Part shown: positions 16,320 to 25,661 of the stretch, one piece after another
Layout: every line of letters begins with the position of its first letter
How positions within the stretch are numbered: the first letter of the stretch is position 1
IMG/VR virus record: IMGVR_UViG_3300035101_000063
Length of the DNA: 64,000 bases
Reading direction: 5' to 3' (one strand)
From: a virus
Translations under genes and position numbers: made by a program
The notes under the pieces: generated by a model
The model's database searches: none
What the model was told of the DNA's origin: nothing
Seen by the model: the letters and a program-made list of their open reading frames with translations, nothing else

Positions 16320-16676
16320 CTATCCATTCAATCGCGCAGCATGGGCTTCCGCGTCTTTGGGGTTTTTGAATACCCCGTTACAATTTCGCGCCCAACTCAA
16401 ATCATCATCCAGATCGACAGCGGCTACAGCCCAATGTCGAGGCGCATCCATATAAACTAGAAATTCCGTTGGCTTGACATAGATAAAGATGAGACTGGGG
16501 TCTTCGCTGGCGATTTCCTCAGCATCTGCTACTGAGATGTCATAACGCGCGTCTTCTATGGGGTCTGCATATTTGCAGAGCACTGAATCTGAATTACTAC
16601 GCTTGAAATCAATTGCCTCATACCCTATCAGGTTTTTCATCTTTCTTCTCCTTTCGCTCAACATCTTGTTGAGCAT
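16320..16676 (-). CDS. hypothetical protein (higher-GC island)
   Basis: 118-aa ORF preceded by the duplicated promoter/hairpin cassette. Confidence 0.5.
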   Translation of the reverse strand: MLNKMLSERRRKMKNLIGYEAIDFKRSNSDSVLCKYADPIEDARYDISVADAEEIASEDPSLIFIYVKPTEFLVYMDAPRHWAVAAVDLDDDLSWARNCNGVFKNPKDAEAHAARLNG

Positions 16677-16714
16677 CTATACTGATTTTAAGACATCAAA
16701 AATGCTTTGTCAAC
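16646..16714 (-). promoter_or_regulatory. second copy of the promoter + 5'UTR hairpin cassette (GCTCAACATCTTGTTGAGC at 16656-16674)
   Basis: Near-identical to 14931-14999: tttgtcaac at 16706-16714, taaaat -10, hairpin, then RBS aaggagaag and the ATG at 16676. Confidence 0.55.
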
Positions 16715-17739
16715 TTTTTTTTTAGGTTTTTATCCATCATGGCATGACGATCCTGTGACGTCATCACTTTCCACTGATATTCGCTAATGGTAATTTCATG
16801 CGCTATATATTCCTCATCATTATCATTCTGCACATCATGCACATCAGAAATGCGGCTACTAGGAATTTCTTTTATGGCATAAATATTAGTGTTTATACCA
16901 TCAAAAGTACTACGCCAAACTAAACCATCGCCTTCAAATGCCCACCCATGACACATCTCCCCGCCATCTATCATGCGAGGGTCCGATGAAAGAGTATGCT
17001 CTATCAAACCTTCTTTTCCAACTACAACCCACTGGTCATCTAAAACCTGATAAATACCTAAATTTTCCATCCACGTTGTTTGTGGCCTAGCAAGGCTGCC
17101 CAACCATTGATGAGTAGGAATGGTATATTCTTCCAAATTAAGAAATCTACTAATTGAAGGTCTTGAAGCAGTAGATTCCATCGTATATAAAGTACACTCA
17201 TAAGATACATCCACTAATTCGTTATTTTCGTTAGTATCGAAGCGTCGAGCTTCAAGCAATGGTGGTCGCTCAGGCACAAGCCAAGTAAATGGAATCTGTT
17301 TTGCGGTCAAACAATCATTCGACATTGCGACATCGAGACTTTGGATGAGGGAAGAAATGTTGCGTTGCACAAAATTCACTGGTAAAAACCATACTTTGTC
17401 TTTACGGTCTGATATAACTACTGGATAATTTTTATCTATCCCCTTGTGACCCCGAATTGGGATCCACATATAAAGACCATCCCCAATTGATGCAACATTA
17501 ACGGGAGATTGCCTAGGAATGTCTACGCGATACCATCCCAACTTTAAGACATCATTGGCAGGAACCCAACCCGCCCCAGATAACCCAGATTTTGACCGAT
17601 AATATAGTTGCCCTGCTATACAAAAATCATGCACGGCATCCGAGTCAAATTCATACGTCAGAATTTTCAGCGGATCATCATCCACCAAAATAATGACATC
17701 TGTATCACCCTCACTCCATGATAACTCTACTTTTTTCAT
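16696..17739 (-). CDS. hypothetical protein
   Basis: 347-aa ORF, no recognisable motif. Confidence 0.55.
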   Translation of the reverse strand: MKKVELSWSEGDTDVIILVDDDPLKILTYEFDSDAVHDFCIAGQLYYRSKSGLSGAGWVPANDVLKLGWYRVDIPRQSPVNVASIGDGLYMWIPIRGHKGIDKNYPVVISDRKDKVWFLPVNFVQRNISSLIQSLDVAMSNDCLTAKQIPFTWLVPERPPLLEARRFDTNENNELVDVSYECTLYTMESTASRPSISRFLNLEEYTIPTHQWLGSLARPQTTWMENLGIYQVLDDQWVVVGKEGLIEHTLSSDPRMIDGGEMCHGWAFEGDGLVWRSTFDGINTNIYAIKEIPSSRISDVHDVQNDNDEEYIAHEITISEYQWKVMTSQDRHAMMDKNLKKKLTKHF

Positions 17740-18038
17740 TGATCTTCTCCTCTTTCTTCTTTAGTTGACATCTCGTCAAACATCTTAGTAAGTTTTCTTT
17801 GACAATAATTTGATTTTTTTCCGAAAAGAAAATAAATTCTCCTGTCTATATCCTCAGCTTCAGAAATGGCTAAATTCTTGCATTGCTCTGAGCAGAATAC
17901 TCCTTCTAAAATCCTTTCTCCACAAAACATGCATTCATTTTTTTTAATATTCATAGAGAAAATCCTCATAGAGAAAATCCCATACAACCTATAACACATC
18001 CTTGTGTGTCTCGTAGTACCATACACGGCACTACACAA
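17736..18038 (-). CDS. hypothetical Cys-containing protein
   Basis: 100 aa; CMFCGE...CSEQC. Confidence 0.4.
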   Translation of the reverse strand: MCSAVYGTTRHTRMCYRLYGIFSMRIFSMNIKKNECMFCGERILEGVFCSEQCKNLAISEAEDIDRRIYFLFGKKSNYCQRKLTKMFDEMSTKEERGEDQ

Positions 18039-18448
18039 TCATCTCTGTACGGTACGGCTTGTTTAACAAGCCTTGATACAATAAATAGTACTCCTGGCAT
18101 GGGCTCAGGAAGCCCCTCTACGTTACCGTATGATGTTTCATAAATCAGCGGTGTCGCCGATTTACCATCATACCCATAGGCATCGTAATAGACGCCTATC
18201 TGATTGATTTTTTCTTGGCATCTTGCGATGCCTTCCGAAGGGTATTCTTCCACGACATGCGGATGATCCTGAGCATCAAGCCGTTCCCAATACGTTACCT
18301 TATGGGGGGTAAGATTGACAATACGGTGATGCGGTATAAGATTTGGATACGGATTCGCCTCCCCACAATGCGGACACTCTGGAAGATACGATGCATATCC
18401 TTCACTGTCATACCCGCAAGATGGGCATATTATTTTTTCTTCTTTCAT
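17966..18448 (-). CDS. zinc-ribbon protein
   Basis: 160 aa; CPSCGYDSEGYASYLPECPHCGE. Confidence 0.5.
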   Translation of the reverse strand: MKEEKIICPSCGYDSEGYASYLPECPHCGEANPYPNLIPHHRIVNLTPHKVTYWERLDAQDHPHVVEEYPSEGIARCQEKINQIGVYYDAYGYDGKSATPLIYETSYGNVEGLPEPMPGVLFIVSRLVKQAVPYRDDCVVPCMVLRDTQGCVIGCMGFSL

Positions 18449-18497
18449 CTTCTTACTCCTTTTTCTGGCCGTAAATCGGCCTTATTTCGGTCAATTA

Positions 18498-18692
18498 TTA
18501 GTCGACCTTTAGTTCTTCCTTACAGAGTGGGCAATAATCCCACTCTCCATCACATTTCCATCCATTTTTTCGGGCAAAAGACCTTGCCCCTCTGACATCA
18601 GCATACGGTGTTGAAATAGAAGCACAACACTGATTCTCTTCTTCGCCAATAAAATTGTCACAATATATCGTAACGCCTTTTTGATAACTCAT
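18498..18692 (-). CDS. small Cys-rich protein
   Basis: 64 aa; CDNF...QCCAS...CDGEWDYCPLC. Confidence 0.4.
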   Translation of the reverse strand: MSYQKGVTIYCDNFIGEEENQCCASISTPYADVRGARSFARKNGWKCDGEWDYCPLCKEELKVD

Positions 18693-18732
18693 AATTTATC
18701 CTTTCGTCATCAACTACTTAATATCTAAGAGC

Positions 18733-19005
18733 TTAATGAATTATAGATACAGGTAACAGTGTTGATTGATGAGTTCTCATCCGAAACAGTGTCTCCTGTC
18801 TGATTGCCGAAACAATAAACATCTCATGTTCAACAGTTCTACCCGTCGACTTTAGCACAGCTTTACTGCCAAACTTGATAGCAGTAGCTGTCAATTTGCT
18901 GAATTGTTTTTCTGAACATCTTATCCTGAAAACAGGATTTTCAATTTTAATGATTTCTTCAGCTTTCATCTTATCTATCATCCTTTCATCAGCAACTGCC
19001 AACAA
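18733..19005 (-). CDS. hypothetical protein
   Basis: 90-aa ORF. Confidence 0.4.
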   Translation of the reverse strand: MLAVADERMIDKMKAEEIIKIENPVFRIRCSEKQFSKLTATAIKFGSKAVLKSTGRTVEHEMFIVSAIRQETLFRMRTHQSTLLPVSIIH

Positions 19006-19181
19006 TAGGTTGCATTACGCGTGCCAACTTTCAAAACGCGAAATTATTAGTTTTTTTGCTGTATACTTTTTTCAGAATGGATACTTTTTGCGTGAAAAAA
19101 TTGCGTACTTTAAAAAACTCAATGATTTCAAATAGAAAAAATTGCGTACTTTATTTACCTTTTTTCATACAAAAAAGAAAA

Positions 19182-19685
19182 TTAGAGGATTTCACCGTAG
19201 ACATAAACATCGGCAGTTAATACACTAGCCACAGCTTCAGCCGTTGTACATTTCACATAAATAGTTGAATCAGCAGTAATTGCAGCTTTAGCTCCAGTAA
19301 ATGAGATTATCAACGTAGCCCCAAGCGTAGTAAGACTTGTTAAGGCAGTTGCAGTAACTAACTGAGTTCCACCCGTTGAAGTCCCAATAGTAATTTCTGC
19401 AGGTGTACTTGGTGTACCAGTAACTGTTTTTACCTTTACTACAGCAAAAGTTGGATGCCATGCATCAGATGCTGATCCTCCTAATGCTATAGATACCTCA
19501 TCATTCAAAGTATGAAGATCCAAGTCTTCTGCAACCGCACGCAGTCTACAACCGATTGTTGTATAAACTCCATCCAACGCATCATCCACATACTTCCCTG
19601 GATAGGTGGAATCATTCATTATCTGGGATGCATATGGAATTGCACTATCCACTCTTAATTCTTTTCCTGTCGGCACTTCTGACAT
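19182..19685 (-). CDS. hypothetical Ala/Thr-rich protein (possible virion component)
   Basis: 167-aa ORF, beta-rich TxTxT tracts. Confidence 0.45.
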   Translation of the reverse strand: MSEVPTGKELRVDSAIPYASQIMNDSTYPGKYVDDALDGVYTTIGCRLRAVAEDLDLHTLNDEVSIALGGSASDAWHPTFAVVKVKTVTGTPSTPAEITIGTSTGGTQLVTATALTSLTTLGATLIISFTGAKAAITADSTIYVKCTTAEAVASVLTADVYVYGEIL

Positions 19686-19725
19686 TTTGTCCTCCTTTAA
19701 ACAACTATATATTTAGTTGCTTTGT

Positions 19726-20058
19726 TTATTTTGTTGTATATGCAAACTTAGGAAATTTACTTCCTCTTCCCCATACTTTTTGAGATATACCATAAATAGC
19801 ATCCATATATCCTGTACGACTATCATTAACACTTTCTATATCTTTACCTATTCTATTAATAACATCATGCAATATTTTTTCATATTTACCCATACCACTT
19901 GCTGCATCTAATTCTTCTGCTGCTTTCCATAAATGTCCAATCGCTTGACCAAGAGCAATATCTCCTTTATTCAATTTCAAGGATGGGTCAAATCCTTTCA
20001 TACCTTCCTCTATTCCTTCTAAAATATCGCTCATTCTATTATTATCTTTATCGCTCAT
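19726..20058 (-). CDS. hypothetical protein
   Basis: 110 aa; conserved intergenic hairpin upstream. Confidence 0.45.
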   Translation of the reverse strand: MSDKDNNRMSDILEGIEEGMKGFDPSLKLNKGDIALGQAIGHLWKAAEELDAASGMGKYEKILHDVINRIGKDIESVNDSRTGYMDAIYGISQKVWGRGSKFPKFAYTTK

Positions 20059-20105
20059 TTTTTTGTCATCCTTTTAGCAACTGTATATTTAATTGCTTTA
20101 TTTTT

Positions 20106-20633
20106 TTATTTTATTTCAAATGCTGTATTTTTAATATCACTCGAAATTTTCTTAAATTTATTCTTATCCCTACCAGATGACAACAAAATACTTAACTCAT
20201 CACTTATATAAGATGTTTTTATCAATAATCCATAAATAAGTTTCTTCAAATCTTCCTTATTAAACTCACTCATTGAAGCGTATTTGTTTAATAACTTTTC
20301 AATATCTCTTATGGCTCCTTTTACCATATTAGCTGAATATTTATCTTTACTTTCCTCGATTCGCTCTAAAATATTACTCATTCTTGGTGCTGAACCTTCA
20401 TACATCTTGCTCAATTTTTTCTTTGCAGACTCGAGCTTGCTTCTGTCTTCATCGCTCAATTTTTTGCCAGCTCTATTGATATAGAAATTCAATCTACCCA
20501 TGGCAGTCTTTAAATCATTCGATGCTGTTTTTAATCCAGAAGCAATTTTTTCTGCACTCTGTTTAAAAAAACCTTCTGGTGGTTCCCATTTTGTAACAAC
20601 ATCAGCAGACCATTTCTCTTCAAATATATCCAT
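20106..20633 (-). CDS. hypothetical coiled-coil protein
   Basis: 175 aa, Lys/Glu-rich. Confidence 0.45.
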   Translation of the reverse strand: MDIFEEKWSADVVTKWEPPEGFFKQSAEKIASGLKTASNDLKTAMGRLNFYINRAGKKLSDEDRSKLESAKKKLSKMYEGSAPRMSNILERIEESKDKYSANMVKGAIRDIEKLLNKYASMSEFNKEDLKKLIYGLLIKTSYISDELSILLSSGRDKNKFKKISSDIKNTAFEIK

Positions 20634-20737
20634 TGCTTCCTCTCTTAATATTCAATGTTTCACGTGAAACACTTATTTCTTTTTCTTTCCGCCCTTGCCT
20701 TTTTTCTTACATCCCATTTTTAATATCATCCTTAATG

Positions 20738-20751
20738 CGAACTCGAGTTCG
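20738..20751. repeat. palindrome CGAACTCGAGTTCG (copy 4)
   Basis: Immediately 3' of the stop codon (20754-20756) of ORF 20754..21083. Confidence 0.9.
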
Positions 20752-20753
20752 TT

Positions 20754-21083
20754 CTATTTCTTTTTGTTTATTTTATTAATTTCGTCAACTACTACACTAA
20801 AACATTCATTCAAACTCAACAATTCATTTATTTTTATTAAAAAATCATGTGAAAAACCCTTCCACATAATCCTATCAATAGTAAGGTTGTCCTTTTCTAT
20901 AAGATCTTTAAGAGCATCAATATATTTATCAAACTTCTTCCTTATCATTGTTCCTGACCTAGATAATTCAGAAGCACTTCTTGGCATAAGTGTTTTATGT
21001 ATATTTTCAGACCTATTTTTCGCCCTTAATAAATCTGCATTATTACTCTCTATAATATTAAATATATCACTCATTTTTAACAT
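20754..21083 (-). CDS. hypothetical protein
   Basis: 109-aa ORF. Confidence 0.45.
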   Translation of the reverse strand: MLKMSDIFNIIESNNADLLRAKNRSENIHKTLMPRSASELSRSGTMIRKKFDKYIDALKDLIEKDNLTIDRIMWKGFSHDFLIKINELLSLNECFSVVVDEINKINKKK

Positions 21084-21448
21084 TATGACGTAACCATTCT
21101 TATAATAACTGGATTCGTCGGTCCAGTAGTACCCGCTGTTCCTCCAGATACAACAACAGCAAATGAAAGATTATTAAAAGGTAATCCACTTGGAACAGCT
21201 AAAGACATAGTTTGGCTAATCGCTGCCTTAAAAATAAAATCAGGTGCCGTTGTCCCAACAACTGGTGATGCATTGTCATATATTTTCAAGTAAGCAGGAT
21301 TATCAGAATTATTCGTATTATCAATTTCAAGCTGATAAATACTGCCTGATGCACCAGTTACAGAATTATTAGACGTTTCATCAGCATCATCATTAACAAT
21401 CAATTTAGTTCCTACTGGTGGAACCTGGTCACTAACGGATAAAGTCAT
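21083..21448 (-). CDS. hypothetical protein
   Basis: 121-aa ORF. Confidence 0.45.
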   Translation of the reverse strand: MTLSVSDQVPPVGTKLIVNDDADETSNNSVTGASGSIYQLEIDNTNNSDNPAYLKIYDNASPVVGTTAPDFIFKAAISQTMSLAVPSGLPFNNLSFAVVVSGGTAGTTGPTNPVIIRMVTS

Positions 21449-21479
21449 TTATTTCCCTCCAAAAATCTTATCTTTCAAA

Positions 21480-21767
21480 TTATCTACTACTAACATTATA
21501 CTTATTTATCTCAACAATGTCTTTTAAAACCTCTTTAGCAAACTCTATCATCATCATTGCATTTGAACCACTATCTTCAACAGCAGCCATAGTATCCTTC
21601 TTGCCTGGAAATTGTTTTTGACGGTCCATAGTTCTTCTTATAATTCCAACTTGTTTTTCTATTCTTTCCAAATTAGAATATACATCTTTAACTTTTCTAT
21701 CAGCTTTTTTTGCATCTTTATACCATTTTGCTTCAACTCTTTCTAATAAATCTTTCATGCAAATCAC
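21480..21767 (-). CDS. hypothetical protein
   Basis: 95-aa ORF. Confidence 0.45.
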   Translation of the reverse strand: MICMKDLLERVEAKWYKDAKKADRKVKDVYSNLERIEKQVGIIRRTMDRQKQFPGKKDTMAAVEDSGSNAMMMIEFAKEVLKDIVEINKYNVSSR

Positions 21768-21768
21768 C

Positions 21769-22386
21769 TTATTTGTTCTTCAAATTTATAATCACATCTG
21801 CAGTTACAGGAACCCATATTTCAGTCCTTCCGGAAGGCCATTTTCTTCTTGTTGGGTCCACCATTGGTGTCTCATATCGAATAGATTTAAATATTACATC
21901 ATCAATCTTATACTTATCTCTGTTATCCCAACCAACAATATGATGCAAAAAATTGTCTTTTTCCTTAAGCCATCTCGCAAAAGAATAATTCAGCTTTCTA
22001 GATTTTCTTTTTACAACTTCTAAAAAAGCTTTTCCTACAGCCTGAATAATTTTAGGTTCAGTACCCATCATATTAAAAAGATGATTTGATGCAGGTGCAT
22101 CTATTGATATTCCAGAACCACCACCTTTACCTGGCAATAAATGAATACGAGCACTATATTCCTTGCCTGTTTTTGTATCCTTTATCCTCTCTCTACTTAC
22201 AACAGGTTCGTTATCATATCCAAATCTAAAATTTAATGGTCTTCCCCAAGATGAACCATCAGGCAATATACCTTTTTTAAAAAAAGCAACTGCATCACCA
22301 TATTCTTTACCTTTTAATTTAGCAGATTCAATTAATGCTTCTTCAGATATAGATAGAATAGATTCAGCTAATTTCTTTAATCTCAT
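21769..22386 (-). CDS. hypothetical protein
   Basis: 205-aa ORF. Confidence 0.5.
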   Translation of the reverse strand: MRLKKLAESILSISEEALIESAKLKGKEYGDAVAFFKKGILPDGSSWGRPLNFRFGYDNEPVVSRERIKDTKTGKEYSARIHLLPGKGGGSGISIDAPASNHLFNMMGTEPKIIQAVGKAFLEVVKRKSRKLNYSFARWLKEKDNFLHHIVGWDNRDKYKIDDVIFKSIRYETPMVDPTRRKWPSGRTEIWVPVTADVIINLKNK

Positions 22387-22398
22387 ATTTACTACCTC

Positions 22399-22986
22399 TC
22401 AATAAATATAATCACCTAAACTAGTCCAAGAAGTTAATCCATAATATTTTTTTATAAAATTAATCAATCGTTGACCAGCTTCATATACTGGCTCTGCATC
22501 AGTTATACCTGTACTAATATATTTTTTATTATTTATAATAGGTTTAATATACTTACCCCAAACAACAGATAATTCCTTGCCTATCTTATCCATTCCATCA
22601 CTACTAGTAACATCAACATAATTATTCATCATCCATTTATTAAGACCAGACATCGCATTTCTCATACCTTTATTCAAATCTCTAACAACATTTGATGTCA
22701 ACTTTTTCTCTTCAGCATTCAATGGTTCCTCTAATTGCCATCCAGTATAATCTACAGGCAAAGACTCTCCAAAAAGCTCTAAACGATTCAAAATCATAGA
22801 CATATCTGATTCATTTTTAGGAGTACATTTATGCTTTGTACACATATTTTTATAAATAGTCATAACTATAGCATAAAATTTATTTTTATCCTTGCCTTTT
22901 AAACCAGGATATTGTTCCTCTGTTGTCTTCACAGCTCTAGCCCAAATAGCCTCAGACTCTGAACCTTTTATAACACCTGTTGGCAT
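22399..22986 (-). CDS. hypothetical protein
   Basis: 195-aa ORF. Confidence 0.5.
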   Translation of the reverse strand: MPTGVIKGSESEAIWARAVKTTEEQYPGLKGKDKNKFYAIVMTIYKNMCTKHKCTPKNESDMSMILNRLELFGESLPVDYTGWQLEEPLNAEEKKLTSNVVRDLNKGMRNAMSGLNKWMMNNYVDVTSSDGMDKIGKELSVVWGKYIKPIINNKKYISTGITDAEPVYEAGQRLINFIKKYYGLTSWTSLGDYIY

Positions 22987-23045
22987 CTAAGCCTCCCTTT
23001 GGTGAACAACCTTCAACTATTTTTAGCAAACAACTATGATACTAG

Positions 23046-23438
23046 TCAATTAAAACCGAGGACACCAGATATTATTGACTTGACTACAACACCAAGACTA
23101 TATCCAATTTTCGTAAAAAATTCTCTAACTTTCTTTTTGTCATCAGCTTCCATATTCTGAATAGCTGCCAAATAATCAGAACGGTCCTTTAAGGAAGCAA
23201 AAGATAAATCTGGCACTTCATCATTCATAATGTTTTCTATCAATGCCTCAAGCATCTTAATACCATCAATACCATGTTTTGCAAGCAAATCACCAGCAAT
23301 ATTTAAAATCGCTTTTTGCCATGGCTTCTTAGCTTCACTTTCTAACTCTGCAAGAGCTTTTTCAAGTTCTGAAACTCCAGCAACACCAACCGTTTTTATT
23401 ATACTACTAATCAATTCTTCCCATTTAGTACTCATCAT
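23046..23438 (-). CDS. hypothetical protein
   Basis: 130-aa ORF. Confidence 0.45.
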   Translation of the reverse strand: MMSTKWEELISSIIKTVGVAGVSELEKALAELESEAKKPWQKAILNIAGDLLAKHGIDGIKMLEALIENIMNDEVPDLSFASLKDRSDYLAAIQNMEADDKKKVREFFTKIGYSLGVVVKSIISGVLGFN

Positions 23439-23455
23439 ATTTCTCCTTTTTCAAC

Positions 23456-23806
23456 CTATGGACACAACGTATTAGTATCAGGAACCTCTGGTGGGTCCTC
23501 TGATGGCCTTTCTTCTATCAAGCCACTATTAAATCTCATCATATTAGTATGATACTTTACTCTTGCCTCAACAACAAGCACTGTTTCAGCAAGATTCTGA
23601 CATTCAGCAGTTGTAAACCCTTTTACACCTTCAATTTCAGAACATTCACACATACTTGCTATCAATGCTTTACCATTCACAACAGTTTCATCTGAAGCAG
23701 CATCAATAAAATTCAACTCCTCTCTATAAACCGATTTGTTTCTTACTACTGATTTATTACACCCAAACAACGACAAAACTAATACCAACAATACAAAAAA
23801 TCTCAT
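23456..23806 (-). CDS. putative lipoprotein
   Basis: 116 aa; MRFFVLLVLVLSLFGC lipobox-like signal peptide. Confidence 0.5.
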   Translation of the reverse strand: MRFFVLLVLVLSLFGCNKSVVRNKSVYREELNFIDAASDETVVNGKALIASMCECSEIEGVKGFTTAECQNLAETVLVVEARVKYHTNMMRFNSGLIEERPSEDPPEVPDTNTLCP

Positions 23807-23821
23807 CTCATCCTCCTTCTT

Positions 23822-23837
23822 GCGAACTCGAGTTCGC
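23822..23837. repeat. palindrome GCGAACTCGAGTTCGC (copy 5)
   Basis: Fills the 30-bp gap between the stop of 23837..24253 and the start of 23456..23806. Confidence 0.9.
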
Positions 23838-24253
23838 TATTCATTACTTAATATCAAATCCCTAGGAATAACTTCAATACTTTCTAAAAAACAACCATTA
23901 CAAGCAGCATCAATATCATTAACAAAATAATTTAACATTTTACAACCTTGCAATAAAAATGAAAAATTTTCTTTACCACCATTTATATTAATAAAATATA
24001 ATTTTATATCAAAATTATTACCATTAAAATATTCTTTAAAAACATAAAATAATGAATTAAAAAGATTACCTTCTTCATCTTTCTTCATTGCTGATTCAAT
24101 TGTAACATTACTACATATACATCCTCCTTTTTCCATTCCGTGTCCTATACTAATTCCAGATATCCTTGACACCTCATATTCATTCCCTGAAATTACCAAC
24201 ACAAATCTACATGATTGTATAAATTCAATTTTTCTTGTTTTCATTTCCCACAT
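23837..24253 (-). CDS. hypothetical protein
   Basis: 138-aa ORF. Confidence 0.45.
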   Translation of the reverse strand: MWEMKTRKIEFIQSCRFVLVISGNEYEVSRISGISIGHGMEKGGCICSNVTIESAMKKDEEGNLFNSLFYVFKEYFNGNNFDIKLYFININGGKENFSFLLQGCKMLNYFVNDIDAACNGCFLESIEVIPRDLILSNE

Positions 24254-24618
24254 TCCTCTACCTCTTCACAACTCTTTGCTTTAGCAACACATTCTGGTTC
24301 TATAGAAAAATCACCTTCATCCATTATCCTTTCGCAAACATCTTCACAAGCCACATCATCACTATTACCAAACTCCTCATCTGGTCCTGGAGACCCCTCA
24401 GAGCCATCACAACCCATATTCCTTAAATTATCACACGCTCTCTCACAAGGCGTCTTATCTCTCCTTTCATCACTATCAAAAGCTTCTGGAACAGGATTAA
24501 ACGTATCAATCTCACTATCATGAACAGGTAACTCAGGAATAACAGGACTTGGACTACACCATGAAACAAACATCATTGACCCAACAAAAACAAAACTTCT
24601 CATCTTAACATTCCCCAT
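24241..24618 (-). CDS. secreted Cys-rich acidic protein
   Basis: 125 aa; signal-like MRSFVFVGSMMFVSWCS; multiple Cys. Confidence 0.45.
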   Translation of the reverse strand: MGNVKMRSFVFVGSMMFVSWCSPSPVIPELPVHDSEIDTFNPVPEAFDSDERRDKTPCERACDNLRNMGCDGSEGSPGPDEEFGNSDDVACEDVCERIMDEGDFSIEPECVAKAKSCEEVEECGK

Positions 24619-25421
24619 CCTTTAATAATCGTAAAATCTCTAGTTTCATTCCATGTAATATATTCAGAATCTAACCAACAATACCCATAATCACGCCAAT
24701 ATTTACCCCAACTATTCATAACTCTAAATTGAATATCACTTCCAACTATCCTATATCCAACAATAACCATAGCATGATTTCCAACAATATTATCAGAATC
24801 ATCTGGCCTATATATTACTTCTCTACCGACCGCAGGCATAAATGACTTTGAAATCTTAGTACCAAAAACTACAGGATAACCATCACATATTGCTGTCCTT
24901 ATTGCATCAATCCTGTTTTTATCAGATTCAAAAATAGCAAAATATTTACCATTTTTACGTGAATCTGCTCTCATCCATGTTTTAAAAACAGGTTTTCTAT
25001 TAATATCTCGCTTTATAAATGGCCAATTAATCTCATCTGGAACACCATATTTAACCAAACCTTTACAACAAGCCCTAATATATGTTCCATCATCTTTTAA
25101 CGGGATAACATCATGTTGAACTCTTGAATTCCAATACAAAAACATTCTAGATGGATAACCATATTTAAAATTTGATTCATTGTGTCGTTTTTTGTTCTCA
25201 AGAATTCTTATCGCACCAGCTACAGCATTCCCTACACATGAATTGGTATTTAATTGATCAACAACTTCTGAATATTGTTCTAATGATTCAAACTCAGGAA
25301 AAACACCTTTTTTAGTTTTATAACTATAAACAAAATCTCTTTTATCATATGGATTTTGTTCACAACCCAATCCTCTTTCTCTCCAAAATTTCCTAACTAA
25401 AAACCGCTTTATACCACTCAT
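24600..25421 (-). CDS. papain-like (C1 family) cysteine peptidase
   Basis: 273 aa; NSCVGNAVAGA (catalytic Cys region), GNHAMVIVGY (His), VMNSWGKYWRDYGY (Asn-Ser-Trp-Gly) in the canonical order. Confidence 0.7.
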   Translation of the reverse strand: MSGIKRFLVRKFWRERGLGCEQNPYDKRDFVYSYKTKKGVFPEFESLEQYSEVVDQLNTNSCVGNAVAGAIRILENKKRHNESNFKYGYPSRMFLYWNSRVQHDVIPLKDDGTYIRACCKGLVKYGVPDEINWPFIKRDINRKPVFKTWMRADSRKNGKYFAIFESDKNRIDAIRTAICDGYPVVFGTKISKSFMPAVGREVIYRPDDSDNIVGNHAMVIVGYRIVGSDIQFRVMNSWGKYWRDYGYCWLDSEYITWNETRDFTIIKGWGMLR

Positions 25422-25649
25422 CTATCTACTTTCCTTCTTCTTCATCTCATCTTTCATCATCTCAAGTGCAACTGAAATAACTTCTCCTGTCTCAATTCCT
25501 ATCTTTTTGCTCATCTCCTGAACTTTATTCCACGTATCAATTGGAAATATTACCATAACAAAACCATCTGTATCATCACCAGTATACTTTTCATCAATAG
25601 AAATATTTTCAGAAAGTTTGTTACTTTTTGATATAGCCTTCATAACCAT
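25422..25649 (-). CDS. hypothetical protein
   Basis: 75-aa ORF. Confidence 0.4.
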   Translation of the reverse strand: MVMKAISKSNKLSENISIDEKYTGDDTDGFVMVIFPIDTWNKVQEMSKKIGIETGEVISVALEMMKDEMKKKESR

Positions 25650-25661
25650 TTTATCACCTTT

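Noticed and set aside
17764-17805. Plus-strand TTGACA hexamers at 17764 and 17800 as promoters
   Set aside because: They lie inside minus-strand coding sequence with no plus-strand ORF downstream, so they are likely chance hexamers.
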